A stretch of DNA of 26,078 bases from a virus (taxonomy: Duplodnaviria > Caudoviricetes). The stretch is taken from the IMG/VR virus record IMGVR_UViG_3300044723_005008, positions 1 to 26,078 of that record. One strand, 5' to 3'. The notes beneath the pieces are model-generated. The model was not told where the DNA came from, did not search any database, and was given only the letters and a program-made list of their open reading frames with translations. Positions 16,873 through 25,857 of this stretch are shown here, piece by piece (the first letter of the stretch is position 1; each line of letters opens with the position of its first letter). The position numbers and the translations under genes are program-made.

Positions 16873-19800
16873 ATGGAAGAAGAAGGACAAGATCTATCAG
16901 TATTTGGTCAAGAGACCATATTTAATGAGGACGCAAAGTTCTATAAAGACGTTTATGTCTTTGGTAGACTGTATTATGACTTTGAATCAGGAATAACCGA
17001 AAAATTTGGAGATGTTCAATTTGATGGTAATGCCATATTTAATGGTATTACTACATTTACTGGAGATGTAGATATACAAAAAGAGTTAGAATTCCTGCAA
17101 GTTGGTATTCTAACTGTAACACAAGAATTTTATGTTGGCGAAAGTCCTGATGAGAACGTTCTGAACATTAGATCTTCTGATGGTCGCCTTGGGGTCGGGT
17201 CTACAGCACCAACACAGACTCTTGACGTTCAGGGTAACATGCGACTGCACAGTCAGTTGTATGACTCTCTCAATAATCCTGGTGTTCTTGGAGCATTCTT
17301 AACTAAAGACGTAACTGGTGTTAAGTGGGTTGAGTTTGAACCATCCTTTAGTGAAGGTATTTTTGTCTACAATGAAGGAACTCTTGTTGGTACTTCATCT
17401 TTCCGTGGACTAAACTTAATTACCAATTCTGGAGGAGCTACACTTGAATTGGTAGAGGGTTCTGTTAATCCTTTGAACCCAAACATTGCCGATATTACTA
17501 TTAAGGACTTCTGGGAAAAGAGACCTGCTGGTCTGGTTACAAGTTCTTACATTGGTATTGGTCTAACTAATCCAACAGAAATTCTTACTGTAGAAGGTAA
17601 TACTAGACTACAGGGAGATCTACTTGTTCTTGGCATCTCTAGTTTCTTCCAGAGAGTTGAACTGAGTGATGGTTTTCTCGCTGCTGGTGCAGGATCTACA
17701 ATTCTGTCCGATTTTACTGTAACTGGTATTACTACAGTTGATAATGATTTCAACGTTGGTGAAGGTGGAGATGCTAGATTCGAAAATCAAGTTAGGGTAG
17801 AAGGTAATACGGAGTTAGATAACTTTTTATATGTTGGTTCTGCAACTACACTTGCGAGTAGTTTTAGAGTAGTTGGTGTTTCTACTTTCTTAAATCAAAT
17901 TCAAGTAGGAAATGGCATATCAGTACAAGACTATATTCAAGCTGGTGCTGGTGCAACTATTGGTGGAGACTTATTAGTAGGTCTTGGAGCAACAATTGAC
18001 GGAACTCTTAATGTAAAAGACGCTGTAGAATTTGATGATTCCTTAGAAGTTACTGGTGTTGTAAACTTCTTAGATACTCTAACAGTATCTGCAAACACTA
18101 TACTTCAAGGAGAACTGAATGTTGTTCAGGCAGTAGACTTTGATGATACCTTAAATGTTGATGGAAATACAACATTACAAGGTACTCTTGGGGTTGGCCA
18201 GAATGGATCAGTTATTCAAACAACTGGAATTGGATCTGTTGGTTTTGGAACTGCAGATCCCCAGAGAGATGTTGAATTTACTGAGAAGGATGTATATTTT
18301 AATGGTGGCGCGATATATGACTCAAACAATCAGTTAGGAGTTACCTCAGAATACACGGATGAAAGATATAGAGTTCCTAGAACAGTTTTATCTCAGGTTG
18401 GTGTAGGTACAACAGGACTGATTGCTCCTAGATTCTTTGATGCTGCAAATCTAATCAGGCTCAATCTAGACTTTATTGCTGGGGAAGCGGTTGGTTTCAT
18501 CACCAGTTACGAATACAAAGATCCCCCATTCTCTCTGAATACATCAAACTACAGAAATTGTAGAGATGATATCAAAGAGATTCTGAGATCTGTCTGTACT
18601 GATATTACAAAGGGTGGAAACTCTAGTACAGTTGGTGCAGGTTTATCATATTACAATGGTGCAACACTGCTGCATATTACAGGTACTGATGTAAATGGAT
18701 ATTCAATCAAAGATGCAACAGTAGAAGCAGTATCCAAAGCAGGAGAAGTATCCAAGTATGTAATCAATAACGCACTTTATCCCAGATCATATCAAATTCC
18801 AGCGATTAATGATCTGTATGCGGATGCATCTCGCATGATTTTCCTTAATAAGGATTTCATTGCTGCAGAGGCAGTTGATAGAACTAAAAACGCATATCCA
18901 TCGCTAACTATACCTAATAGCGATGAAAGTTGTATTGATGACATTAAAGAAGTACTAGATGCTCTAGTCTATAACTTATCATTTAGTGGAAATGATAGAA
19001 TTTATGATGCTGCAAAATATTATATTGAAGAAGCGTTCTTAGCAGGAGAAGAGCAAGAATCCATCTATGCGTATGAACAGGCAAGAGACATTGCCATTGA
19101 TGTAATGAGAAATAATACCGTTACTAAGATATCGGGAACTCTCAATACATATACTCAATATAAAGATCCATCAATTACTGGAGATAGTGTAACTCCAACT
19201 TGCCAAGATCAGGCATCTTCTATTACAACTCTGATTGGAATTGTTACGACTGGTATTGGACTAACAATACTTCCAGATACAAGAACAAACTCTTATGCAT
19301 TATTCTCTCCTCAGGTAATTGATCCAACTGTAAAGGTTGACCCTGCAGTAGGAAGCAATCATGATCCTAATGGTTGTGCAAACGTATACTCATCTATCAA
19401 CACTCTGATAGGCATTGCAACAGATATTATTAGTATTGGTACTACTGCAGCTCCTTCTCCAATTCAATATCCAGATTCAAAAGTTGTCTGGGCACCTAGA
19501 GGTGGAGATCCTAAGAATATTGTATTTGTTTCTAAGTTTGGAAATGATGAGAACAGCGGTAGAACGGAAGGCGATGCAAAACTAACCATTGGTGGTGCAG
19601 CAGCAGTTGCTCTACCAGGAGATACGATTTATGTAAGATCTGGTGTTTATGCGGAAAATAATCCAGTCGGTTTAAGAACAGATGTTAGTGTTACTGGACA
19701 AGATCTACGTCTAGTAACAGTATATCCTCAGCATGATGATGATGTATTCCATGTAAGAAGAGGATGTCTGATTGAGAACTTGAACTTTGCATATAGTCCA

Positions 19801-21096
19801 GATCCATTTGATGATAACGCACCATTGACAATTAAGGGTGCTGCTGTTGCATTCCCACCACCAGCTGGTATTGGTAGTGCAAGATCTGGATTCTTAGATC
19901 CAGGTCCATGTAATGAAGGTCCTAGCGGAAGATGGAGATCTCCATACATCCGTAACTGCACAAACTTCATGACCGATAGTATTGGTATGAGGATTGATGG
20001 AGACCATGTTGGATCTGCATTTACTGGTGCAGTCAATCCAGGACAAGATCTTAAGTCCATGGTCTGCGACTCATTTACTCAATACAACGAAAATGGTATT
20101 GGAGTTTCGATCACCAATAATGCATATGCACAGTTGGTTTCGATCTTTACGATTAACTCTCAGATTGCAATCTACTGCGATACTGGCGGATCATGTGACC
20201 TTACCAACTCAAACTCTTCCTTCGGTATCTTTGGTCTAGTTGCTGATGGTGTTGGTAGAATTGACTTTACTGGAGTTACAACTACAGCAACTATTGGCGG
20301 AGACGCTGACTCATTTGAGTTAGTTGGTGTTGCTGATACTCTTGGCAATTTCAGAAGACCATATAACGGTCAAGCACTATACTTCAGTATTGACCTTGCT
20401 GATTATGATGATACTACTCAGACAGGTATTCTAACTGCTCCATTGAGATCTTTGAGAAGTATTGGTATTCTTAATGGAGGAAGCGGATATACTCAGACAT
20501 CTCCTCCTGCTATTACAATTTCTTCTCCAGGTGGTCCAGAAGGAATTACTGCTGAAGGTAGTGCAAACGTTAGTGCTGCTGGAACAATTACTTCTATTGA
20601 CGTTACTAATGAAGGTAGAAACTATCTACCAAATGAAGAGATTATAATTACGATTGCTGGTGGTGGCGGAGGTATTGCTACTGCAATTACCGAACCAATT
20701 TACTACACTGTTGCTGAAGCGACAGAACCAACAGCAACTGCTGGACTTTCAACTGTCACTCTTGATCAGTTCGTACCTTATAACGTTGGTGTTGGAGTTA
20801 GCGTTGAAATGTTTAGAATTAGTAGAATTCTGACAAGTTCACACTCGTTTGAATATGTCGGCACTGGTGTCAACATAAATAGAGCGAACCCCTTCCAAGG
20901 TGGTGTTCCTATCCCAGAAAATGAGGTTGTTGCTACGAACGGAGCACAAATTCCATTCACTAGTACCGACCAAGCTGGAAACTTCAAGATTGGCGAAGGT
21001 ATTACAATTGACCAAACAACTTCGACAATTAGAGGTCGAGATTTTAGTAGAGCAATCCAAGCGGAAGTTACCCCTCTCATTCTAGCACTAAGATAA
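16873..21096 (+). CDS. Large virion structural/tail fibre protein with helical repeats and a C-terminal right-handed beta-helix
   Basis: 1407 aa; SD AGGAGG; fibre-like beta repeats; FVSKFGNDENSG...TI..A...PGDTIYVRSGVY pectin-lyase-like entry motif. Confidence 0.8.
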   Translation: MEEEGQDLSVFGQETIFNEDAKFYKDVYVFGRLYYDFESGITEKFGDVQFDGNAIFNGITTFTGDVDIQKELEFLQVGILTVTQEFYVGESPDENVLNIRSSDGRLGVGSTAPTQTLDVQGNMRLHSQLYDSLNNPGVLGAFLTKDVTGVKWVEFEPSFSEGIFVYNEGTLVGTSSFRGLNLITNSGGATLELVEGSVNPLNPNIADITIKDFWEKRPAGLVTSSYIGIGLTNPTEILTVEGNTRLQGDLLVLGISSFFQRVELSDGFLAAGAGSTILSDFTVTGITTVDNDFNVGEGGDARFENQVRVEGNTELDNFLYVGSATTLASSFRVVGVSTFLNQIQVGNGISVQDYIQAGAGATIGGDLLVGLGATIDGTLNVKDAVEFDDSLEVTGVVNFLDTLTVSANTILQGELNVVQAVDFDDTLNVDGNTTLQGTLGVGQNGSVIQTTGIGSVGFGTADPQRDVEFTEKDVYFNGGAIYDSNNQLGVTSEYTDERYRVPRTVLSQVGVGTTGLIAPRFFDAANLIRLNLDFIAGEAVGFITSYEYKDPPFSLNTSNYRNCRDDIKEILRSVCTDITKGGNSSTVGAGLSYYNGATLLHITGTDVNGYSIKDATVEAVSKAGEVSKYVINNALYPRSYQIPAINDLYADASRMIFLNKDFIAAEAVDRTKNAYPSLTIPNSDESCIDDIKEVLDALVYNLSFSGNDRIYDAAKYYIEEAFLAGEEQESIYAYEQARDIAIDVMRNNTVTKISGTLNTYTQYKDPSITGDSVTPTCQDQASSITTLIGIVTTGIGLTILPDTRTNSYALFSPQVIDPTVKVDPAVGSNHDPNGCANVYSSINTLIGIATDIISIGTTAAPSPIQYPDSKVVWAPRGGDPKNIVFVSKFGNDENSGRTEGDAKLTIGGAAAVALPGDTIYVRSGVYAENNPVGLRTDVSVTGQDLRLVTVYPQHDDDVFHVRRGCLIENLNFAYSPDPFDDNAPLTIKGAAVAFPPPAGIGSARSGFLDPGPCNEGPSGRWRSPYIRNCTNFMTDSIGMRIDGDHVGSAFTGAVNPGQDLKSMVCDSFTQYNENGIGVSITNNAYAQLVSIFTINSQIAIYCDTGGSCDLTNSNSSFGIFGLVADGVGRIDFTGVTTTATIGGDADSFELVGVADTLGNFRRPYNGQALYFSIDLADYDDTTQTGILTAPLRSLRSIGILNGGSGYTQTSPPAITISSPGGPEGITAEGSANVSAAGTITSIDVTNEGRNYLPNEEIIITIAGGGGGIATAITEPIYYTVAEATEPTATAGLSTVTLDQFVPYNVGVGVSVEMFRISRILTSSHSFEYVGTGVNINRANPFQGGVPIPENEVVATNGAQIPFTSTDQAGNFKIGEGITIDQTTSTIRGRDFSRAIQAEVTPLILALR
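20875..20881 (+). promoter_or_regulatory. Putative late promoter ATAAATA
   Basis: Inside the gene 3' end, about 217 nt upstream of ATG 21098. Confidence 0.3.
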
Positions 21097-21097
21097 T

Positions 21098-22396
21098 ATG
21101 GCAGTCGCACCAGTCAATAAGTTTTTAACGGTAGCAGTACCTGTTGCACCAGGACCTCAGAAGATTTATGAGGTTCCTACTGGCGTATCATCAATTCTGC
21201 TGTTCGCTCAGGTTTCTAACGTATCTACTGCCACTACATATCCCAATGTAACTTTCTGGCATAGAAGAACAACCAGAAGCACATCAAACTTTAGAGATAC
21301 TCGCGTCATCAGAGGTATCGATGTTCCTCCAAATGATGCTGTAGTTTTGGTTGATGGTCGTCTTGTTCTTGAGAAAGACGCTATCAAAATCGACTCAATC
21401 TACGTTGATGCTATTCAATCTGGTATCGTATCAGTAACTGGATGCGACTATGACGAACCATCTGGAATTGTAACTGTAACAACTCTAACTCCACATGGAT
21501 TTGTTGCGGGGCAAGAAATCACAATGTCGGGTCTAGAATTTATCTGCCCCTCAGGTTCTGGAATTACAACTACAATCTTCCCAGATCCTCAATCATCTTA
21601 TGTTGTAGATTCAATTGTCAATCCTGGTCAAGTAGGAACATCAAAGACGTTTGTAGCAAATATTGGAAGCGCCGCTGGAATCGCTCATACATATATTGGA
21701 AGTCCTCAACACACATTTGTTAGTGCTGGAACAAGTTCAGTAATATCTGGCGGTGCTTTTGATCACAAGTTCGTAAGTTCTCTGGCAGACTCTATTAAGA
21801 TCGCTGGTGCTGGAAATACAACTCCAACGAATGCAGTTTATACACCTGCAGATGGAAACTTAGTATTTACAGTTCCTAATCATGGTTTAACTGCTGGTGT
21901 AGAAACTATTGGTATCGCAACAGATAGTTTATCTTTTACTTGTTCTTCAGACAATCATCAGTCTATAAGAACATATCCTAGAACAAAAGATCCAATACAT
22001 GATGACTTTAATATTGCAATTACCACAAATACTACTGATACCTTCACTGTAAATGTTGGCATTTCGACGTTTATCTATCATACACCAACTAACGCTACTT
22101 ATGATCCTGCAACTGGAGAATTAGTTTTAACACTTACATATCATGAGATAACCGCAGGTAATGGAGTTTCCGTTCGCTTGGAACCAGAGTCTATTACATT
22201 TACATGCGATTCTGATAATAATACTACACCTCAGAGTTATCCAAGAACAACTGATCCTGCATACAATACTTCTGTTGCAGTAGCAGCAACAACTGCAAAT
22301 ACGATTAGTTTGAATGTTGGACCAATTAGCGGGGGCAAAGTTGCTCCGCTTCAAATGGAATTCATTGCAAGTATTCTAGAGAATAGCACGACATAA
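21098..22396 (+). CDS. Virion structural protein with repeated beta domains
   Basis: 432 aa, Thr-rich; two copies of TPTNA.Y.P..G.LV.T...H...FTC..DN.....YPRT.DP...T...NVG. Confidence 0.75.
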   Translation: MAVAPVNKFLTVAVPVAPGPQKIYEVPTGVSSILLFAQVSNVSTATTYPNVTFWHRRTTRSTSNFRDTRVIRGIDVPPNDAVVLVDGRLVLEKDAIKIDSIYVDAIQSGIVSVTGCDYDEPSGIVTVTTLTPHGFVAGQEITMSGLEFICPSGSGITTTIFPDPQSSYVVDSIVNPGQVGTSKTFVANIGSAAGIAHTYIGSPQHTFVSAGTSSVISGGAFDHKFVSSLADSIKIAGAGNTTPTNAVYTPADGNLVFTVPNHGLTAGVETIGIATDSLSFTCSSDNHQSIRTYPRTKDPIHDDFNIAITTNTTDTFTVNVGISTFIYHTPTNATYDPATGELVLTLTYHEITAGNGVSVRLEPESITFTCDSDNNTTPQSYPRTTDPAYNTSVAVAATTANTISLNVGPISGGKVAPLQMEFIASILENSTT

Positions 22397-22398
22397 TT

Positions 22399-25020
22399 AT
22401 GGCAAATAAGGATAGATATTTAAGTGGAAAAAGAAAGCTAGCACCTTTAACGGGTCTTAGCACAGATAGACACGTATATTTGTCTCCAGAAGAAACAGAA
22501 CCTAACCTTGGGTATCCAGGAGAAAAGGCACTCCCCCTCAAGGACGAATATTATCAGTTAGTTTCTTTTGATGGTGCTGGTCAATATGACCGTTATTGGC
22601 AAGTTGCTCCTGTTGGAATTATAACCACAGGAATTTCAGTATTTGATGAAGGTAGTCTGGTTGGTACTGGTAATAGTATCAACAAACTAAATTTTGTTGG
22701 AAATATTGTAACTGCTACTGCCAACGCATTTGGTTCTATTTCAACTATTACTATTGCTCCTCCAGGTAATGATAACGAGATAATCTGGAATGACAATGGA
22801 ACCTTCGGATCTTCCCCGTTCTTACTGTTTGATGATGTAACTGGTATTCTAACAACTACAAAAAGATTCCATGTCGGAACTGGCGGAACAATTATTTCGA
22901 CAAAGGAATCTGGTTACGTTGGAATCAATACAATAGATCCATCTCAAGAACTACATGTTCAAGGAGATCTAAGAATTACTGGAACCATCTATGATTCTGC
23001 TAATGATCCAGGTGTTAATGGCGAAATTCTTGTAAAGACTGCCTTTGGAGGCATGGAATGGCAGTCTAGTGGTGCTGTTGTTTCTGGTGCTGGCGGAACT
23101 ATCGGTCAAATTCAGTTTCATGGTACTGCTGGTCTAGTTGATGGTGCTACTAATTTCTGGTACGACTATACAAATAATCGCATTGGTATTGGTTCTACAA
23201 CTCCAAGATTTATTTTTGACGTTGTAGGAGACTCTGGATTCTCAGGAACAGTAGAAACAAAAAATCTTACCGTAACTGGTGTTTCTAGTTTTATTGGAGT
23301 TTCTACATTCAGCGATCAAGTAGTCATTGGTTCAGCAGTATCTACTTCAGATTTAACTGTAGACGGCGCAGGATTCTTCTCTGGTATTGTTACTGCTACT
23401 GAGTTTGACGGTAAAGTCAGCAGAAAAGCAATTACTGAGCAAACATTGACTACATCTGCAGATGGAGCTAATGATCTACTCCTAATGTATGATCTATCTG
23501 AAGATGAATTGAGAAAGATCAGCATTGAAGATGCTTCTTTCCAAGGTGTTCAGGGAATTCAAGGTTATCAAGGTGTTCAGGGAACACAAGGAACAACTGG
23601 AGATCAAGGTATCCAGGGACGCCAAGGTCTTCAGGGAATTCAAGGTCTTCAGGGTCTTCAAGGTATTGGTGGAGGTCCAGGATCTCAAGGTTTACAAGGA
23701 ATAACTGGCGAGCAGGGTATCCAGGGTATTCAAGGTATCCAAGGTGAACGTGGTCCCCAAGGTCGTCAAGGTATCCAGGGTCTTAAAGGAGATCAGGGTA
23801 TTCAAGGTCTTCAAGGTATCAGTGGACAATTAGGTGGAGTAGGAACTCAAGGTTTCCAGGGTATTCAAGGTATCCAGGGTATTCAAGGTGCTCAAGGTAT
23901 CCAAGGTCGTCAGGGTCGCCAGGGCATCCAGGGTCGTCAGGGTATTCAAGGTATTCAGGGTCGCCAGGGTCTTCAGGGAGAAACTGGTGCTCAAGGCGAT
24001 CAGGGTATTCAGGGCATTCAGGGTCAGGTTGGTGCAGGTGCTCAGGGCACTGACGGTCAATCGATTCAGGGTCTTCAGGGAGATTTTGGTCCTCAGGGTC
24101 CTCAAGGAAACCAGGGTTTGCAAGGCGTCCAAGGCGAACAGGGTTTACAGGGTATTCAGGGTATTCAAGGTGTTCAAGGTTTCCAAGGTCGCCAAGGAAT
24201 CCAGGGAAACAATGGAGACCAGGGAACACAGGGTTTGCAGGGTGTTCAAGGTGTTCAAGGTCGCCAAGGCATTCAAGGTGACAATGGCGTAGGAAGTCAG
24301 GGTATTCAGGGATACCAAGGAACTCAGGGATTCCAAGGAACAGATGGTGACCAGGGTGTTCAAGGTCGTCAAGGCATTCAAGGTATTCAAGGTTTCCAAG
24401 GAAGACAGGGATTAACTGGAGAAGGAAATCAGGGTATTCAAGGTATTACTGGACAACAAGGTATTCAAGGTTTCCAAGGTATTCAAGGTATTAGCGGAGA
24501 AGGTAATCAAGGTCTTCAGGGGATTCAAGGAGAACAAGGTTTGCAGGGTGCTGGAGCTGGTACTGGAACTGTTGCTTCTGGCACCATTGTTTACTTTGCT
24601 GGAGATAATGGAGGTTCTGGGGGTCCATCACTTACAGGAACTGGTTATATAGAATGCGATGGCGCTTCATATAACAAAATATTTTTTCCAGATTTGTTCA
24701 ATGCTATTGGATTCTTCTGGGGCGGTTCAGATCCAGACTTTAATGTTCCAGATTTGAGAGGTGAATTTATTAGAGGTTGGGCAAATACTTCTTCAGTTGA
24801 CTCTGGAAGATCCTATGGTAGTTTCCAGAATGACCAATATCAGTCTCACACTCACGATATTACAGTCTATACTAGCGGAGGTGGAACACAGATCGCTGCA
24901 GAAAACGCATCTGGAACTGCAACTAGAGAAACTGGTCTACCTAACGCAACTAACGGCGGAAACTTTGGTTCTGAAACAAGACCAAGGAACTACGCTCTCA
25001 TCGCTTGTATTAAGACATAA
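22399..25020 (+). CDS. Tail fibre with collagen-like shaft and C-terminal tail collar domain
   Basis: 873 aa; long G-X-Q tract; collar motif GTIVYFAG...GYIECDG...PDLFNAIG...FNVPDLRGEFIRGW...SHTH...ETRPRNYAL..CIK. Confidence 0.9.
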   Translation: MANKDRYLSGKRKLAPLTGLSTDRHVYLSPEETEPNLGYPGEKALPLKDEYYQLVSFDGAGQYDRYWQVAPVGIITTGISVFDEGSLVGTGNSINKLNFVGNIVTATANAFGSISTITIAPPGNDNEIIWNDNGTFGSSPFLLFDDVTGILTTTKRFHVGTGGTIISTKESGYVGINTIDPSQELHVQGDLRITGTIYDSANDPGVNGEILVKTAFGGMEWQSSGAVVSGAGGTIGQIQFHGTAGLVDGATNFWYDYTNNRIGIGSTTPRFIFDVVGDSGFSGTVETKNLTVTGVSSFIGVSTFSDQVVIGSAVSTSDLTVDGAGFFSGIVTATEFDGKVSRKAITEQTLTTSADGANDLLLMYDLSEDELRKISIEDASFQGVQGIQGYQGVQGTQGTTGDQGIQGRQGLQGIQGLQGLQGIGGGPGSQGLQGITGEQGIQGIQGIQGERGPQGRQGIQGLKGDQGIQGLQGISGQLGGVGTQGFQGIQGIQGIQGAQGIQGRQGRQGIQGRQGIQGIQGRQGLQGETGAQGDQGIQGIQGQVGAGAQGTDGQSIQGLQGDFGPQGPQGNQGLQGVQGEQGLQGIQGIQGVQGFQGRQGIQGNNGDQGTQGLQGVQGVQGRQGIQGDNGVGSQGIQGYQGTQGFQGTDGDQGVQGRQGIQGIQGFQGRQGLTGEGNQGIQGITGQQGIQGFQGIQGISGEGNQGLQGIQGEQGLQGAGAGTGTVASGTIVYFAGDNGGSGGPSLTGTGYIECDGASYNKIFFPDLFNAIGFFWGGSDPDFNVPDLRGEFIRGWANTSSVDSGRSYGSFQNDQYQSHTHDITVYTSGGGTQIAAENASGTATRETGLPNATNGGNFGSETRPRNYALIACIKT
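23542..24549 (+). repeat. Degenerate 9-bp tandem repeat (CAR GGN NNN) encoding collagen-like G-X-Q
   Basis: About 1 kb of caaggtatt/cagggtatt-type units, roughly 110 triplets. Confidence 0.95.
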
Positions 25021-25023
25021 ATA
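25017..25023 (+). promoter_or_regulatory. Putative late promoter ATAAATA
   Basis: Overlaps the fibre stop codon, 33 nt upstream of ATG 25056. Confidence 0.55.
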
Positions 25024-25055
25024 CTTTCAACTTATCAATATTTCATTAAAGACAG

Positions 25056-25580
25056 ATGCCATCATACACAGTTACATGTAAAACCGCAGATGGGGTTGAG
25101 CGCACTGTTGAAGTGACAGAAGGTGCTAATGTCTGCCCTATCTACAATTATCATAAGACTGGGAGATATCTACTTTCCAAAACTGAAGCAAAACCATTTC
25201 CTCTTGCTGGACAAAACTATTATGTTGCTCCTGCACATGCAACTCCAGTCGCTCCTCCTGAGAGAGAAGTTGGTAAAGTAAGAGTATTTGATCCAGACAC
25301 TCAGACTTGGAGTCAGGTAACGGATCATACTACTGTTAGTTATTGGTCAACACAAGAAGCTTCTCTTACACAACCCGTTAGCATTTCAGATCCAGTATCC
25401 GAACCTGTTGGCGTTACAACGGTTCAACCATGCACATATAATGCTGCAACTGAGCATCTTTGCTGGGATGCGGATACTTGTACTTGGTGTGCTGAAGCAA
25501 ATGTTGTACTGACTCCAGCAGAAAAACTAGAAAAGGCTGGTCTGTCAGTCGAAGAACTTAAAGGTCTTCTAGGTCTCTGA
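25056..25580 (+). CDS. Tail fibre assembly chaperone (Tfa-like)
   Basis: IYNY..TG.Y, PAHAT.VAPP, VFD...W..V.DH and P.GVTT..P...WD...W motifs of Tfa-type chaperones; directly follows the collar-domain fibre. Confidence 0.75.
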   Translation: MPSYTVTCKTADGVERTVEVTEGANVCPIYNYHKTGRYLLSKTEAKPFPLAGQNYYVAPAHATPVAPPEREVGKVRVFDPDTQTWSQVTDHTTVSYWSTQEASLTQPVSISDPVSEPVGVTTVQPCTYNAATEHLCWDADTCTWCAEANVVLTPAEKLEKAGLSVEELKGLLGL

Positions 25581-25619
25581 CCAGTTTCGTAACTGGCACA
25601 GTTGACAGGGGTGCCAGTT
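25581..25619. repeat. Overlapping inverted repeats around the promoter
   Basis: CCAGTT-tcgt-AACTGG (25581-25596) and AACTGGCAC (25591-25599) / GTGCCAGTT (25611-25619). Confidence 0.85.
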
Positions 25620-25630
25620 CGCCCTATAAT
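25602..25630 (+). promoter_or_regulatory. Consensus sigma70 (early) promoter
   Basis: TTGACA (25602-25607), a 17-nt spacer and TATAAT (25625-25630). Confidence 0.93.
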
Positions 25631-25653
25631 AACAGGGTAATCAACGGAACACC

Positions 25654-25857
25654 ATGAACAACACTGCCGAATATGTCGAAGGCATCGTGATTGATATCTG
25701 CTCTCGCTCTTTTCTTCTTCTCAGCGACCAGGGCGACGAGAAGTTTGTTCAATGCGAAACTGTAGAGCAGTTCATGAATGTTCTTGAAGTTTGTACTGCT
25801 AATCTGTCTGAAGATGAGATCGAGTATGCTGATCTTGCTGTTTATGGGGAGGATTGA
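25654..25857 (+). CDS. Small acidic hypothetical early protein
   Basis: 67-aa ORF directly downstream of the sigma70 promoter. Confidence 0.8.
   Translation: MNNTAEYVEGIVIDICSRSFLLLSDQGDEKFVQCETVEQFMNVLEVCTANLSEDEIEYADLAVYGED

Noticed and set aside
23494-24399. Several alternative-frame and antisense repetitive ORFs (TLNTL, LEYP, RVF repeats)
   Set aside because: These are shadows of the 9-bp collagen repeat.
23542-24549. Possible CRISPR array or VNTR
   Set aside because: There is no repeat-spacer structure, and the variation follows codon positions of a G-X-Q protein.
25581-25596. Intrinsic terminator after the fibre chaperone
   Set aside because: The hairpin has no U-tract and is better explained as part of the promoter-associated palindrome.
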